Shown: positions 39,882-52,264, counted from the first letter of the whole stretch. The stretch: 63,991 nucleotides of DNA, filler included, from Octopus bimaculoides (GCF_001194135.2; 6 parts of 6 records of this genome joined end to end with filler, not necessarily neighbours in it), one strand, 5' to 3'. Program-made: numbers and translations. The notes: generated by a model not told the origin, from the letters alone.

Positions 39882-40072
39882 CAGAAATAGACTGGACAGT
39901 GGAGAGAGTAGTGTATGATGTCCAGAGGCGACAAATTGGTAGAATTGTTAGAGCATTGTATGGAACGCCTCACTTAATTTGTTCTGATTTTCTAAGTTTA
40001 AATTAGCGAACGCCGGCTTTACCTTTCATCGTTTCAGGATTGATAACAAAGAATTACCAATCCAGAATAGTC

Positions 40073-40410
40073 CACAGCATGGTCCAGTCCTTGTTGTAGG
40101 GTGGTGGCTTGTGAGATTTATTGACCCTGAGAGCTATACCACCAGAGTGCAATCCCCTAATGAGGTCTTTCATGCTGGACAGGCCAAAAGGTAGATGACA
40201 GACCAATATGGATCACCTTTTGCGAGGGGTTAAAATAAGTTTGCATAAGGCTAACTGTCCTACGTAGATAAAGGCAAGTTTACAGAAGCATCGATGACAA
40301 TCAAAACCAACAAGGCCTGGAAGAGGAAAAGACAACCCAGAGTCGAGGACTCTAGAGAAAATCGTCAGTGGCCTATGCTGCATAAGGAGCGAAGGGCTTA
40401 GATAAGTAAG
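40073..40410 (+). mobile_element. Short RTE-derived element (5'-UTR-like part fused to an RTE-like 3' end)
   Basis: GGTGGCTTGTG...GACCCTGAGAGCTAT resembles RTE 5' UTRs. The end GGCCTATGCTGCATAAGGAGCGAAGGGCTTAGATAAGTAAG resembles RTE 3' termini. Recalled similarity only. Confidence 0.4.
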
Positions 40411-40700
40411 CAACCTGGCGCAGAGAAATCGAGGAACAGTGAAACAAAATCGTTTCACGTGCCTTGCAAAATTTGTTTCAGTTCCATGCATTCGCATTCT
40501 GAGGTTAAATCCTGTTGTGGCCTGCTGAGGTGGTAGATTAACCGTCACTATCAGGTTCCTTGAATACTTTTAGTAACCTCCATTCTGCAGCAAGCATTTA
40601 GGTCCATGTTCCTGTCCGATGGTTACTTTTTTTCATTCCTCCTCTGCTTCCAACAGTCTCCAAGGTTTTGTCGACGGTATTGGGCAGTGCCCATCTTTCT
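40410..40700 (-). pseudogene. Decayed RTE-like C-terminus and 3' UTR
   Basis: PSTKPWRLLEAE resembles GRPKKTWRRTVEAE. Confidence 0.35.
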
Positions 40701-40714
40701 GAAATATTGATTTC

Positions 40715-40870
40715 AAATTTTGGCACAAGACCAGCAAGTTCAGAGGTGGGTGTAAATCGATTCTGTCCACCCCAGTGCTCAACTAGAACTTACTTTAGCG
40801 ACTCGGGAATGATGAAAGGCGAAGTCGACCTCGGCGGAATTTGAACTCAGAACGTAAAGACGAGCGAAAT
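40715..40870 (-). mobile_element. SINE family B
   Basis: GATGAAAGGCGAAGTCGACCTCGGCGGAATTTGAACTCAGAACGTA. Confidence 0.88.
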
Positions 40871-41295
40871 GACGATAGATTAAGTACCACAGTTAGAAAA
40901 ATATAAACAGGTAGCGGAGGGCCGAGTTGCCGGACTAAACGTTTACACACAGTGCTCCAGCATGGTCGCAGTCTAACGATTTATAAAAATGTAACGGAAA
41001 CATTGGATAATGTAGTCTAGTGTTTGTTGCAGATACGGAATATGTGGGATGGTCATGGCTGGAATGCCTTTTAGTAGAGGTTCTGCACGATCTGGATTGA
41101 CCAAGGGCTAAACGACAACAATAACAAGAACAAGATTTATTTCTATGACAGCAGAGAGCAATTCAAATTGGACTTTGGCTGCTATTTCTAGCGAGTCCAT
41201 CAATCACAGCGTTGAGGCTTTTAGAAGAAAACCTTTATACAACTGCCATCTCCAGTTTTGCCATAAACTACTACGACTGCCACTACTACTACTAT

Positions 41296-41349
<54 letters not shown>

Positions 41350-41376
41350 TACTACTACTACGACGACGACGACGAC

Positions 41377-41476
41377 NNNNNNNNNNNNNNNNNNNNNNNN
41401 NNNNNNNNNNNNNNNNNNNNTTAATTAATTAANNNNNNNNNNNNNNNNNNNNNNNNNNNNNNNNNNNNNNNNNNNN
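41377..41476. other. Artificial scaffold-joining spacer
   Basis: 44 N + TTAATTAATTAA (41421-32) + 44 N. Confidence 0.95.
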
Positions 41477-42144
41477 GAGAGAGAGAGAGAGAGAGAGAGA
41501 GAGAGGCCAAATCGATTAAGGTCAGTCAGGCAGCCACAGTCAGACTCTCTTTGTTGGCATCGGAGAAATATGAGCAGAAATGCTGGTGTTTTCTTCCGAT
41601 TGTAATCGTATAAAAATAACTTTGCTCCTCTCTATGCAAGACCAGAAATTTTTTTTTTGAATAATAACGTACTTCAAACCCATCAACTGATAGGTATCGA
41701 CTACTGATTGGTATCGACTACTGCTACTGGTTTTGCTACAGCTACTATTATTGTTCCTTAACCCTTGACCAAGTAGTCTTATGGACAATGATATATCAAC
41801 CACTCCTGCTCAAGATGCCGTGCAGTGGAGCTCAACCAGAAACCATGCTGTTACAAAGCGATAGTTTTAACCATCCAGTTATACCTGCATTTATATCTAA
41901 ACTTCAAATTTGGCGGTGGCGATGGTGGTGGTGGTGGTGGTGATGGTGATGGTGATGGTGGTGGTGATGGTGGTATAACTTCCGTCTACCATATTTCACT
42001 CTCAAGGTTGGCCCAGAGCAATTATCCAATACATTTTTTATTGGTGGAGAGGAATTAGTCGATGTTACCGCCCCGCAGTGGTTGACCAAATAATAGTAAT
42101 GTTTCAAACTTTGGCAGAGGGCTGGCAATTATGATGGGAAGGGC

Positions 42145-43075
42145 TTTGCGTTCTGAGTTCAAATTCCGCCTAGGCCGACTTTGCCTTTCATCCTTTCGGG
42201 GTCGATAAATTAAGTACCAGTTGCGTACTGGGGTCGATCTAATCGACTGTGCCCCTCCCCCAAAATATCGGGCCTTGTGCCTAGAGCAGAAAAGAATTAT
42301 GATGGGAATGGAAAGTCAATTACATAAATCCAGCTGGTATTTATTTTGGTTTATTTTATCGATCTCGAAGAATGAAAGGCTAAGTTGACTTCAGCTGGAT
42401 TTGAACTAGAATGATAATAATAATAATCGTTTTTTTTATAGGCACAACGCCCGAAATTTTGTTGGAGGAGGTTAGTCCATTACATCGACTCAGTGCTCAA
42501 CTGATACTTATTTTATCAACCTCGGAAGACCAAAGGTAAAGTCGACCTTGATGGAATTTGAACTCAACGTAAAGACGGGTGAAACACCGCTAAGTATTTT
42601 GCCCGACGTGCTAACGATTCTACCAGCTCGATTAATAATAATAGTTTCACATTAGGTATAAGCCATCAATTTTGAAGGGAAGGGACCAGACAACAGCATC
42701 AACCTCAGTACTCACCAACCTTGGTAGGACGAAAGACAAATACAACAAATAATAATAATACATATGTTTACGTTCTGGGTTCAAATTCCGCCGAGATCGA
42801 CTTTGCTTTTCACCAGTTCGAGTCCATAAAATAAGTACCAGTTGTATTTTGAGGTCGATGTAATCGTCTTATTCTCTCCCTCGAAATTGCTGGCCAAAAA
42901 CTTGAAAGTAAAATCAATAATGAATGAGACTGCGAACTCGCAGAATGGTTAGCGGTATTTTGTCTGTCTTTACGTTCTGAGTTCAAATTCCGCTGAGGTC
43001 GACTTCGCCTTCCATCCTTTCGGGGTCGATAAAATAAGTACCAGCTGAGCGCTGGGGGTCGATGTAATCGAAATT
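42145..43075. mobile_element. Cluster of five SINE family B copies (+, -, -, +, +)
   Basis: About 42145-42300 (+), 42330-42410 (-), 42420-42630 (-), 42765-42905 (+) and 42935-43075 (+), all with the TTCTG.GTTCAAATTCCGC / CCTTTCATCCTTTCGGGGTCGAT domain or its reverse complement. Confidence 0.88.
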
Positions 43076-45540
43076 GCTAACCTCGCGGCAAAATCTGAAA
43101 CCATTNNNNNNNNNNNNNNNNNNNNNNNNNNNNNNNNNNNNNNNNNNNNNNNNNNNNNNNNNNNNNNNNNNNNNNNNNNNNNNNNNNNNNNNNNNNNNNN
43201 NNNNNNNNNNNNNNNNNNNNNNNNNNNNNNNNNNNNNNNNNNNNNNNNNNNNNNNNNNNNNNNNNNNNNNNNNNNNNNNNNNNNNNNNNNNNNNNNNNNN
43301 NNNNNNNNNNNNNNNNNNNNNNNNNNNNNNNNNNNNNNNNNNNNNNNNNNNNNNNNNNNNNNNNNNNNNNNNNNNNNNNNNNNNNNNNNNNNNNNNNNNN
43401 NNNNNNNNNNNNNNNNNNNNNNNNNNNNNNNNNNNNNNNNNNNNNNNNNNNNNNNNNNNNNNNNNNNNNNNNNNNNNNNNNNNNNNNNNNNNNNNNNNNN
43501 NNNNNNNNNNNNNNNNNNNNNNNNNNNNNNNNNNACCCACCCACCACCCACACACACATTGACTTCTCTCTTGCTGCAATTATACTGTCTTTTGTTGAAA
43601 GACGAATTACTAAGAAAGAAGAAGAAAAAAAAGGAGGAAACATCAACAATAACAACTGCCATAATAATTCTAATTAAAAGTCTTTCTTTTATTTCTACTC
43701 TCTATCTAATATTGACGTGAATTGAATGAAGAGGAAAAAGTTCTAGCGGTGAATCTCTTCCTTTCTTTCTTCACAATATTAACTAAATCTGAGACTTGGA
43801 AGGAAACACATGATTTATAAAACCCTATAATTATACGTATACTTATTTATTCATTTATTTACACCGTATGAACACACGCACGTAGGACGAAGCGATATCA
43901 CAAAACCAAATTAATTAAAGGTGATTATTAATTAGTCAGTGGGCTCTTGGAGGTAAAGAAGCAGCTGCAGAGAACCTACAGCTGTACAAGATTTAATACA
44001 CACGCACACAAGACAAGCAGACACACACACACAAACAAACACAAACACACGCAACGTATACGCGAAGAACTTACTCACTCTAACTTGTACTACTATTACT
44101 ACTACTACTGTTACTACAACCGCCGCTGCGGCTGCTACTACTGCTGCTGTTTCTGTAGGCTTTGCTCAACAAGTAACGGAGATTCACAAGAGGGATATTA
44201 TAAGTCAGGAAAAGACTTCTTGATACAGATATGGACTTTAGTTAGCATGGCCTATCAACCAACAAGGTGAGTTCTATATTGTAAATACTATGTATAATAT
44301 ATATATATTTATATATACACAAACACGTCTAAACACACACACACATACAAACATATATACGTATATATATATTTATATATATTTATGTTTACATTTGTAT
44401 GTACACCACAAATATATTAATTGTATATTATATATTATATTGTAATACATATTACGTGCCTACGCGAGCACAAGTTGTCCAGCCTTGAGTGAAAATCAAA
44501 GTCGGAACAACTTTAATATTTCTGTCACACTCCAATATGATAGTAATTCTATTAATTTCATTCAATCTGCATAGCAGCTACAAATTTATCTACTAATCTG
44601 GTTTCTAGTTATCATCTCTCTCTCGCTCTTTCTCTCTCTCTCTCTCTTTTCATATATATATATATATATATATGATCCACTACTCAGGAAGAGACTATTC
44701 TAGAGTACGTCCTGTCTGGTCTTCGAAACGTCTAGATAGAATAGAGACAGCTGATGAAGGGATATTCCAAGGGGCTTTCCGTTTTCCTATGTGTTCGTTC
44801 CGTTGTCTGTAGTTTATTGTTCTAACGTCCTGTACCCTGATATGCATGCATATACACATGTAGATGTAAGTATGTACATATATGTGTGTATACATGTATA
44901 TATATTCTTTATATATATATATAGTAAGAGTTTGTATGCATGTTTTCGTTGAGATGTATTTAAATTGCTTCGTAGAATTCAAGCCGGTCATAAACGAAGT
45001 GACAATGTGTACGTACGTACGTATGTGTATGTATGTATGTATGTATGTATGTATATGTATGCACGTGCGAACGTAGGTATGTATGTGTTTGTATACATAT
45101 GTTTATATAGATAGATAGATAGATGTGTGTATGAGTTCGTATATAAAAATGTGAGTATACATACATACACACATACATACATACATACATACATTAATTA
45201 TATACGTATGACCGTACACAATATAGCACACATAGACACATCTGACTCGCGAAAATTGGACGCGGAATGTTTCTATAAGTTTCAAACTCAAATCAATATG
45301 ATATTGACTTTGCCTAACTTTTATATCTTGCAGTGTTCGATAAGCTGTATGTATACATCAGTAATTTACAGAATCGATTCTACAGACACTAACACTCCCC
45401 TACCAAAAATTGATATCGTGTAGATTCATAAGTCATCGATATTTCATGCACGTATGAAATGTGATGTCTCTCTGTGTGTGATGTATGTATGTTGTTTAGC
45501 CCCAGGTCAGTCCTGATCCAGTGGACCCTATGATCTAGCT

Positions 45541-45752
45541 CAAGGGTTCTCGACCATTTTTTACCTATGGATCCCTTTGATTCCTATTCGATGTTTAAAA
45601 AATCCTATATAATTAAATATTCTGAGGAATTGTATACAAAAAAATATTGCGTATTGTAAAAGTACAACCAGTTTATTACAGACAAATTTTGGCAACAAGA
45701 TCTTACGTGAACCCCACCAAGAAATATATGGACCCCCAGATGAGAACCACTG
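45541..45752. mobile_element. hAT (Charlie-like) MITE
   Basis: Ends CAAGGGTTCTCGACC / GATGAGAACCACTG resemble CAGTGGTTCTCAACC TIRs. The 8-bp flanks ATCTAGCT / ATAGAGTT are 5/8 identical. Confidence 0.55.
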
Positions 45753-45874
45753 ATAGAGTTAGTCGCATTCGATATGAGGGACTTCATTGTTCAATGTGTC
45801 CTTCCAGTTTTTTTTTAAAGCTGGTATGAGTGACTTGAAGGAAATTTAGCTGTTGTTTCTAGCAGGTCGATCAT

Positions 45875-46035
45875 ATATTTATTTCTTTATTGCTCACAGT
45901 GGGGCTAATCATAGAGGGGGGCAAACAAGGACAGACAAAGGGATTAAGTCGATTGCATCGACCCCAGTGCGTAACTGGTACTTATTTAATCGAACCCCGA
46001 AAGGATGAAAGGCAAAGTCGAACTCGGCGGAGGTC
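45875..46035 (-). mobile_element. SINE family B 3' half, first tail type
   Basis: CAAACAAGGACAGACAAAGGGATTAAGTCGATT...GAAAGGATGAAAGGCAAAGTCG. Confidence 0.9.
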
Positions 46036-46235
46036 GATCATATATTGTTGACTCAATAAGTGTTTAACATATGGATGCGTGTGCGCGTGTAGTGTATGTC
46101 CGTACGTTTGTGATGTGTGTGTGTGTGTAACATGCACATTGTATGTGTACGATAGTTGTATGTATATGTGATGTGTGTAATGGTTGTATGTTTATATGAT
46201 GGTTGTATATGTCTGTGTGAGTGGGTATAGATGAA

Positions 46236-46550
46236 GGTGCATGGTTTAGTGGTTAGGGTATTCGGCTCACGATTGTAAGGTCGTGAGTTCGAGACCCGTC
46301 GGCGCGTTTTACCCTTGAACATGACACTTTATTCCACGTTGCTCCAGTCCACTCAGCTGGCAAAAATGAGTAGTACCTGTATTTCAAAGGGCCAGCCTTG
46401 TCACACTCTGTATTCACGCTGAATCTCCCTGAGAAGTATGTGAAGGGGTACGCGTGTCTGTGGAGTGCTCAGCCACTTGCATGTTAATTTCACGAGCAGG
46501 CTGTTCCGTTGATCGGATCGACTGGAACCCTCGACGTCGTAAGCGACGGT
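46236..46550 (+). mobile_element. SINE family C, apparently full length
   Basis: A box TGGTTTAGTGG (46242-52), B box GAGTTCGAGACCC, central GCTCCAGTCCACTCAGCTGGCAAAAATGAGT. No tRNA cloverleaf. Confidence 0.8.
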
Positions 46551-46569
46551 GTGTGTGTGACGGACGTAT

Positions 46570-46838
46570 ATGTTTATCATTTGCTTGTTTTAGTCACTGG
46601 ATTGCGGACATACTGGAGCACCGCCTTGAAAGGTTTAATCAAATAAATCGATCCGAGTCCTTTTTTTTTTTTTTTTTCAAGTTTTGTAATTATTCTTTTG
46701 CCGAAATGCTTAGTTACAGGGACGTTAACAAACCACTATCGGTTGTCAAACGGTAGGAAAAGAAACACGAATACAGAAACACACATATATGCATACATAT
46801 GTGTGTATTGATAATTTGTGATGCATGCGTGTGTGTGC

Positions 46839-46885
<47 letters not shown>

Positions 46886-47465
46886 GCAAGTATATGATGT
46901 ACGTATGAAATACATGTGTGTATGTGTGTGAGGTATATGTATAGAATAGGGTATTGAACACAACTCCCTTGTACTAAATATCTCATATACACACACATAT
47001 AATTCTGATATATACATATATGAATATCGTACGTACACACACACACACACACACATAAACATATATGTGCGTATGCATATATACGCGTGTAAATGTATGT
47101 GTATATGTATATGAGTTGTACTTGCTACGGCCATGCTGGAGCACCATCTTGATGGGTTTAAGTCGAGTGCATCGACCCCCCCCCCTCAAAGTCTGGTACT
47201 TATTCTATCGGTTTCAGGAACGTAAACAAACCAACACCAGTTGTCAAACGGCCGAGAGACAAACACACACACACACACACATATAAAGATATATATAAAT
47301 ATGTGTGTGTGTGTGTGTGTGTATATGTATATATATAAGTGATGGGCTTCCCCCATACTGTTCCCGTCTACCAAATTCACTCACAAAGCAATTAGTCGGG
47401 GCGAATTTTATAGTCTTAGAAGGCACTTGTCCAAGGTACCGCGCAGCGAGTTCCCTAACCACACT
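46570..47465 (-). mobile_element. Two SINE family A copies (46570-46760 tail; 47110-47465)
   Basis: CTGGAGCACCGCC / GCCATGCTGGAGCACC tails and CCAAATTCACTCACAA centre. Confidence 0.75.
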
Positions 47466-47527
47466 TTTAATTCGTGAATTTGGATAAGTTTGTGGTGGAA
47501 GAGAAAAACATTTCTTCTTTCTCTCTT

Positions 47528-47565
<38 letters not shown>

Positions 47566-48092
47566 CCTCTCTCCCTCCCTCCCTCGCACGCATACACACA
47601 CACACATTCGTACACGCACACATCTGAAGAGATGGTCTGGAGACGTTATACTCTCCTCTCCCCACCACCGCTCTTTTCTAACTTATCCAAAACTCAGAAA
47701 TTTCCCTGCATCAGTTTTTACCGCCAGAGGCCGCAGTTGTCACCGTCACCTCCATCCCTTCCACTTCCCTCGGATTCTCTGTGTCACATTCAGTACATAT
47801 TTTGGTATGTATTGTCATTCCCGCCTCAGCAGCTTCACACAATATAATAATAACAGCATTACACCCTGTTTCTTTCATCCTTATTCCCCCCCCTCTCTCT
47901 CTTCTCTCTTACACACTCTCTCTCTCTCTCATCTCAAACTTATATGCCTTGTCTTTCTCTTACACATATAACCATATTCTTCACTTTCTTTCTCTGTCTC
48001 TATCTCTCGCTCTCTATCTATACGTCTCTTTCCTTCTCTCATATTCACATTCTCTCTTTCTGTCTCATATCAAATTCATCCTCCCTCTTTCT

Positions 48093-48125
<33 letters not shown>

Positions 48126-49069
48126 ACTCGTCTGTTATCTTCAAATACTTACACTCACACTTTCTCTTTCATATCAAATTTGGAAAGTTTCCCCCCTTTT
48201 ACTCTTTCTCATAAACATATAACCACACTCTTCTCTCTTTCTCTCTCTCTCTTTTGATATTAACACACGTCTCTCTTATACTGTTGTCACAATTTAATGC
48301 TGTGTCTCTCTTTCATTCACATACCCCCCCCCCATACATACACACACACACACACACACGCACAGAACCTCCTCACACCAACAGAAAGTCATTCATTTCA
48401 ATCATCAGAACCTCACCACTTAACCACAACCACCACCATCACCATCACCACCTTATTATTCCCCCATCCCCACACTATATTACCACTATTTCAACCACCT
48501 ACCTTATTACTACCACCATCACCATGCGCATCATATTATCTCCCACTCCTACCCACTATATGAGTACTATATAACCACCCCTGTCAGCAACCACTGTATT
48601 ACAACTACGAGCATTGTATGACTGGCATCGCTACCACCATCATCAATCAACATCGCCGCTATCATAACTACAATATTACCATTTCTACCGAAAGGCGGCG
48701 AGCTGAAACAAGTAAAAGAATAAAAGAAAATACCTGTGTGTGTAGGTGTAGGTGTGTGGTGTGCATGTGTGTGTGTGTGTATGTTTCTATCTCGATCAAT
48801 TAACAAGTGAAAATTCAATTTCTATTAGAGAAGGGAGATAGAACGATAGTGAAACAGAGAAGAAAGAAGAGAGCGAGAAAGAAAGAAAGAAAAAGACTGA
48901 AAGAGAGAAAGAAACGTGAAAACGAACTGTTTAATGCTTCAAATCAAAGTTTTCGCGAGAATTATTCTTTGAAAGAACTCCCTCCTTACGTCTAAGTACG
49001 ATAGGTGTACCACTGAGGAGGGAAGGAGACCAAGCATGGAGGTGGTACTCTATCGGTAGAAATGGTAAT

Positions 49070-49380
49070 CCCTTCTATTATAGGCACAAGGCCCGAAGCT
49101 TTAGGGGAGGAGACTAGTCGATTACATCTACTCCAGAATTTCACTGGTACTTAATTAATCGACCCCGAAAGGATGAAAAGCAAGGTAATTTTTCAGATTA
49201 ACACCCGAACGATCTTCACTAGGGTATTAGGATTAGGGTTACGGCTAGGGACGGAATTCCCTAACCCAAAAACCCTAGCCCTGACCCTAAAACCCTAACA
49301 CCCTAGTGAAGATCGTGTGGGTGTTAATCTGAAAAATTACCAAAAGCAAAGTTGATCGCGGTGGAATTTGATCTCATTTG
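49070..49380 (-). mobile_element. SINE family B interrupted by a MITE
   Basis: GACCCCGAAAGGATG-AAAAGCAA-AGTTGATCGCGGTGGAATTTGA is restored when the insert and one TSD are removed. Confidence 0.88.
49184..49341. mobile_element. 158-bp Merlin-like MITE with internal telomere-like repeats
   Basis: 42-bp TIR GGTAATTTTTCAGATTAACACCC..ACGATCTTCACTAGGGT (2 mismatches), perfect 8-bp TSD AAAAGCAA (49176-83 and 49342-49), internal TTAGGG/CCCTAA variants. The superfamily is inferred from GG termini plus 8-bp TSD. Confidence 0.85.
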
Positions 49381-49755
49381 ACTGCGGACATGCTGCAGTC
49401 AAATGACTGCCTTTAATCGAGCAAATCGACCCCAGGACTTATTCTTTGTAAGCCCAATACTTATTCTATCGGTCATTTTTTGCCGAACCGCTATTTGACG
49501 GGAACCTAAACACACCAACATTGGTTGTCGAGCGATGGGGGGAGACAAACACAGACACACAAACATATACATATACATATATATATACACATACATATAT
49601 ACGACGGGCTTCTTTCAGTTTCCGTCTCCCAAATTCACTCACAAGGCTCTGGTCGGCCCGAGGCTATAGAAGAAGACACTGGCCCAAGGTGCCACGTAGT
49701 GGGACTGAACCCGGAACCATGTGGTTGGTAAGCAAGCTTCTTACCAGACAGCCAC
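49375..49755 (-). mobile_element. SINE family A, full length
   Basis: Tail, centre and head (GGACTGAACCCGGAACCATGTGGTTGGTAAGC) are present. Confidence 0.9.
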
Positions 49756-50637
49756 GCCTGAGCCTGAGAGAGACAAAAAAGATAGAGGGACAGAGAAAAA
49801 TAGCTTGAGAGAGAGAGGAAGTCAAATGCAAAGTGGAATGTTCGAATATTCTTTTACCATTTTGGCTGAATCTATTAATTATGTTGTAGTAACGACATCA
49901 CACGCTTTTTTAAAAGGAGTTCCACTAAGAAATTACCATTGTTTATATTACACACACACACACACACACATTTAGACTCATGGTTCAAAAACGTCCGGGT
50001 AATTCAGAAAACGTGTTTGTGTGTTTATATATATATATATATATATATATGATTATAAATGTATCATAATTGTATATGCTTATAATGCATCTGTGTGTAT
50101 GTATGTGTGTATACATTGTGTTTATAGTGGAATTAATATAAGTGAACGGTGGTGATGTACGGTGGGTAGAAAGCGGGTGTACCGGGCATTACAATTATAT
50201 AATGAGATGAACTAGAAACAACGTGTTGTAAAATAACTACCATATGTTCCGCAGACTTCATCCTGCATTTATAAACAACAAGATGTAGAATGAGAGATAA
50301 ATAGAAATACTGTAACACTGGCGCACCCTTGGGTAATTTACACATCCCTCTTTGAATTGTGACTTTTCTATGATGGCAATGATGATGAGTGTGTGTGTGT
50401 GTGTGTGTGAACGGGCCAACAGAATGTCGGCAGGTACAATTGGATATAATGAGAAGTAGAAAGTCTAATGTTTCAAGAAATTGCCATTCAACTGAGAATA
50501 GAGAAATGATAAAGGTGTTGTTTCACTCGAAATGTGAAACTTTCTACCATTCATTGCAGTTGAATTAATTGATATTCTGCGAAGTGATTGGATTAAATGC
50601 TGCCAACACAGACACTCATCAGTTAGTTTCCTGAAGT

Positions 50638-50675
<38 letters not shown>

Positions 50676-50814
50676 CATAACGTGCGGAAAAATAGACGAT
50701 AACATAACATAAGCGATGACATAGACAATAACATAACAAACGGCAAACAGGACAGAAACAACATACACGGACCATTCGCAGCAGATTTCCTCATCAGTCG
50801 GTTTCTGAAAAGTC

Positions 50815-51405
50815 ATTATAGTTTCACACCTTTTAACAGTTGACTAAGGGTGTGAATAACACCTATATTGTTAGAAATAGGAGCTAATGTGCTCTAATGC
50901 TGTTGCAAAGCCGATAACATATACTGTGATAGGTGTTCGGTGTGATAACAACCACTATCATAGTATACGTTATGAGCTTTGTAACAGCATTGGAGCACTT
51001 TAGCTCCTGTTTCTAGCAATATAGGTGTTATTCACACCTTTAGTCAGGTTTAGCTGACGACTATAATTTTCCATTGCGGTATAATATTGCAGACAGCTGT
51101 TTTTATTAATTTTTGTATACACATTAGCGATCTGCTAAATCATCCATAGATTTTTTATGATGAATATGTATACTCTGTAAAGCGAGCTAGCCCAGAATCA
51201 ACGGAACGAGCTGGCCTTACTGAAGATAGCTACGGAAATAGCCGAAACTAGCCAGTCAGTCTAAGGAATTCTCGGTTCAGTGTTCGGGGCGATTGCAACC
51301 CCTATCAGAGTATATGTTATATGTTTTGTAACAGCATTGGAACGCTTTAGCTCCTATTTCTAACAATGTAGGTGTTATTCTTACCCTTAGTCAAGTTTAG
51401 TTTGA
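50815..51405. mobile_element. Inverted-plus-direct triplicated ~120-bp unit, candidate non-autonomous Penelope-like element
   Basis: Unit at 50841-50935 (-), 50933-51056 (+) and 51280-51404 (+). A hammerhead-like motif lies just upstream of the third copy. Confidence 0.65.
51215..51266 (+). ncRNA. Type I hammerhead-ribozyme-like motif
   Basis: CCTTA-CTGAAGA-TA-GCTA-cggaaa-TAGC-C-GAAA-CT..AGTC-TAAGG: stem I CCTTA/TAAGG, stem II GCTA/TAGC, stem III ACT/AGT, GUC triplet 51259-61. The closing pair of stem II is A.C with an extra U. Confidence 0.5.
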
Positions 51406-52264
51406 TGCAGTGCTCTCCCTATCGAGTCCTTGACCTTATCGCTCCATTGTTGCCTGTGAACCTAATTTCTGTTCAACCAACCCCTGAGGATGCTCAGCGC
51501 GGAAGTTAGGCCCTAATAACATGAGACCAAAATAATGCAACTTTCATCTCTACTACTACTACTACTACTACTACTACTGCTGCTGCTGCCACCACTATAA
51601 CCGCCACCAGCACCAATATCTTTCTCTACCAACCGCGCTACGCCCACCCTATGTTGATCTACCCATTAACTCACACAAACCCCAACCACCCTAAATTCTA
51701 AACTCTTCTTTCTCTTTGTGTCTCTCGCTAAATACACTAAACCATCTTATCATATATACCCAACAACCATTACCAACAGGTTTCACCACACTTTCCACTC
51801 ATTCTTCAAGAATTTTCTATTTTAGTTTTGTACCCCGGGTAGTTTTTTTTTTCTTTTTTTCTTTTTCTATTCTTCTTCATTTGTCACTGTTTTCCTTTTA
51901 CATTTTTGTAAAGTTTAACTCTGCCGTCATCGCCACCGCCTTCACTACAACCACCACCACTTTCATTTCCTCCCTATCAACATCTTCACCACTGCCACTA
52001 CTGCTACCCCGATCACCACTACTAAAACATGCCTCACCGTCCTTAATTACTCCTACTATCACTACCACCACAACTATCACATCCATAACACCACTACTAT
52101 GAATGTTCAGTGAATCTGTGTTTATTTATTTTGCAATATCATCTAAGTCAGGGAATTCGTTGTTGTTTTTCTTTCGTTTTCGTTTTTGTTTCTTTTGCGG
52201 GGCGGGGGTGGGGTTACTCAGCGCTGAATTTCACCGAATGACGTTTTTACACAAGTCCCTCTTT

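Noticed and set aside
44674-44845. TA-flanked segment with GAAACGTC followed by CTGATGA (type II hammerhead order)
   Set aside because: Stem I cannot form and stem II is mostly wobble pairs. It is probably a repeat, but not supportable as a ribozyme.
46236-46310. Possible tRNA gene
   Set aside because: A and B boxes are present, but the anticodon and acceptor stems do not pair and it continues into SINE body. The same applies to the other SINE heads.
47721-47734. CTCF-like CCGCCAGAGGCCGC
   Set aside because: A single site with a mismatch in the G-rich core, so expected by chance.
50775-50805. Minus-strand CTGATGAGG near the Penelope-like element
   Set aside because: There is no GAAA box or stems in register.
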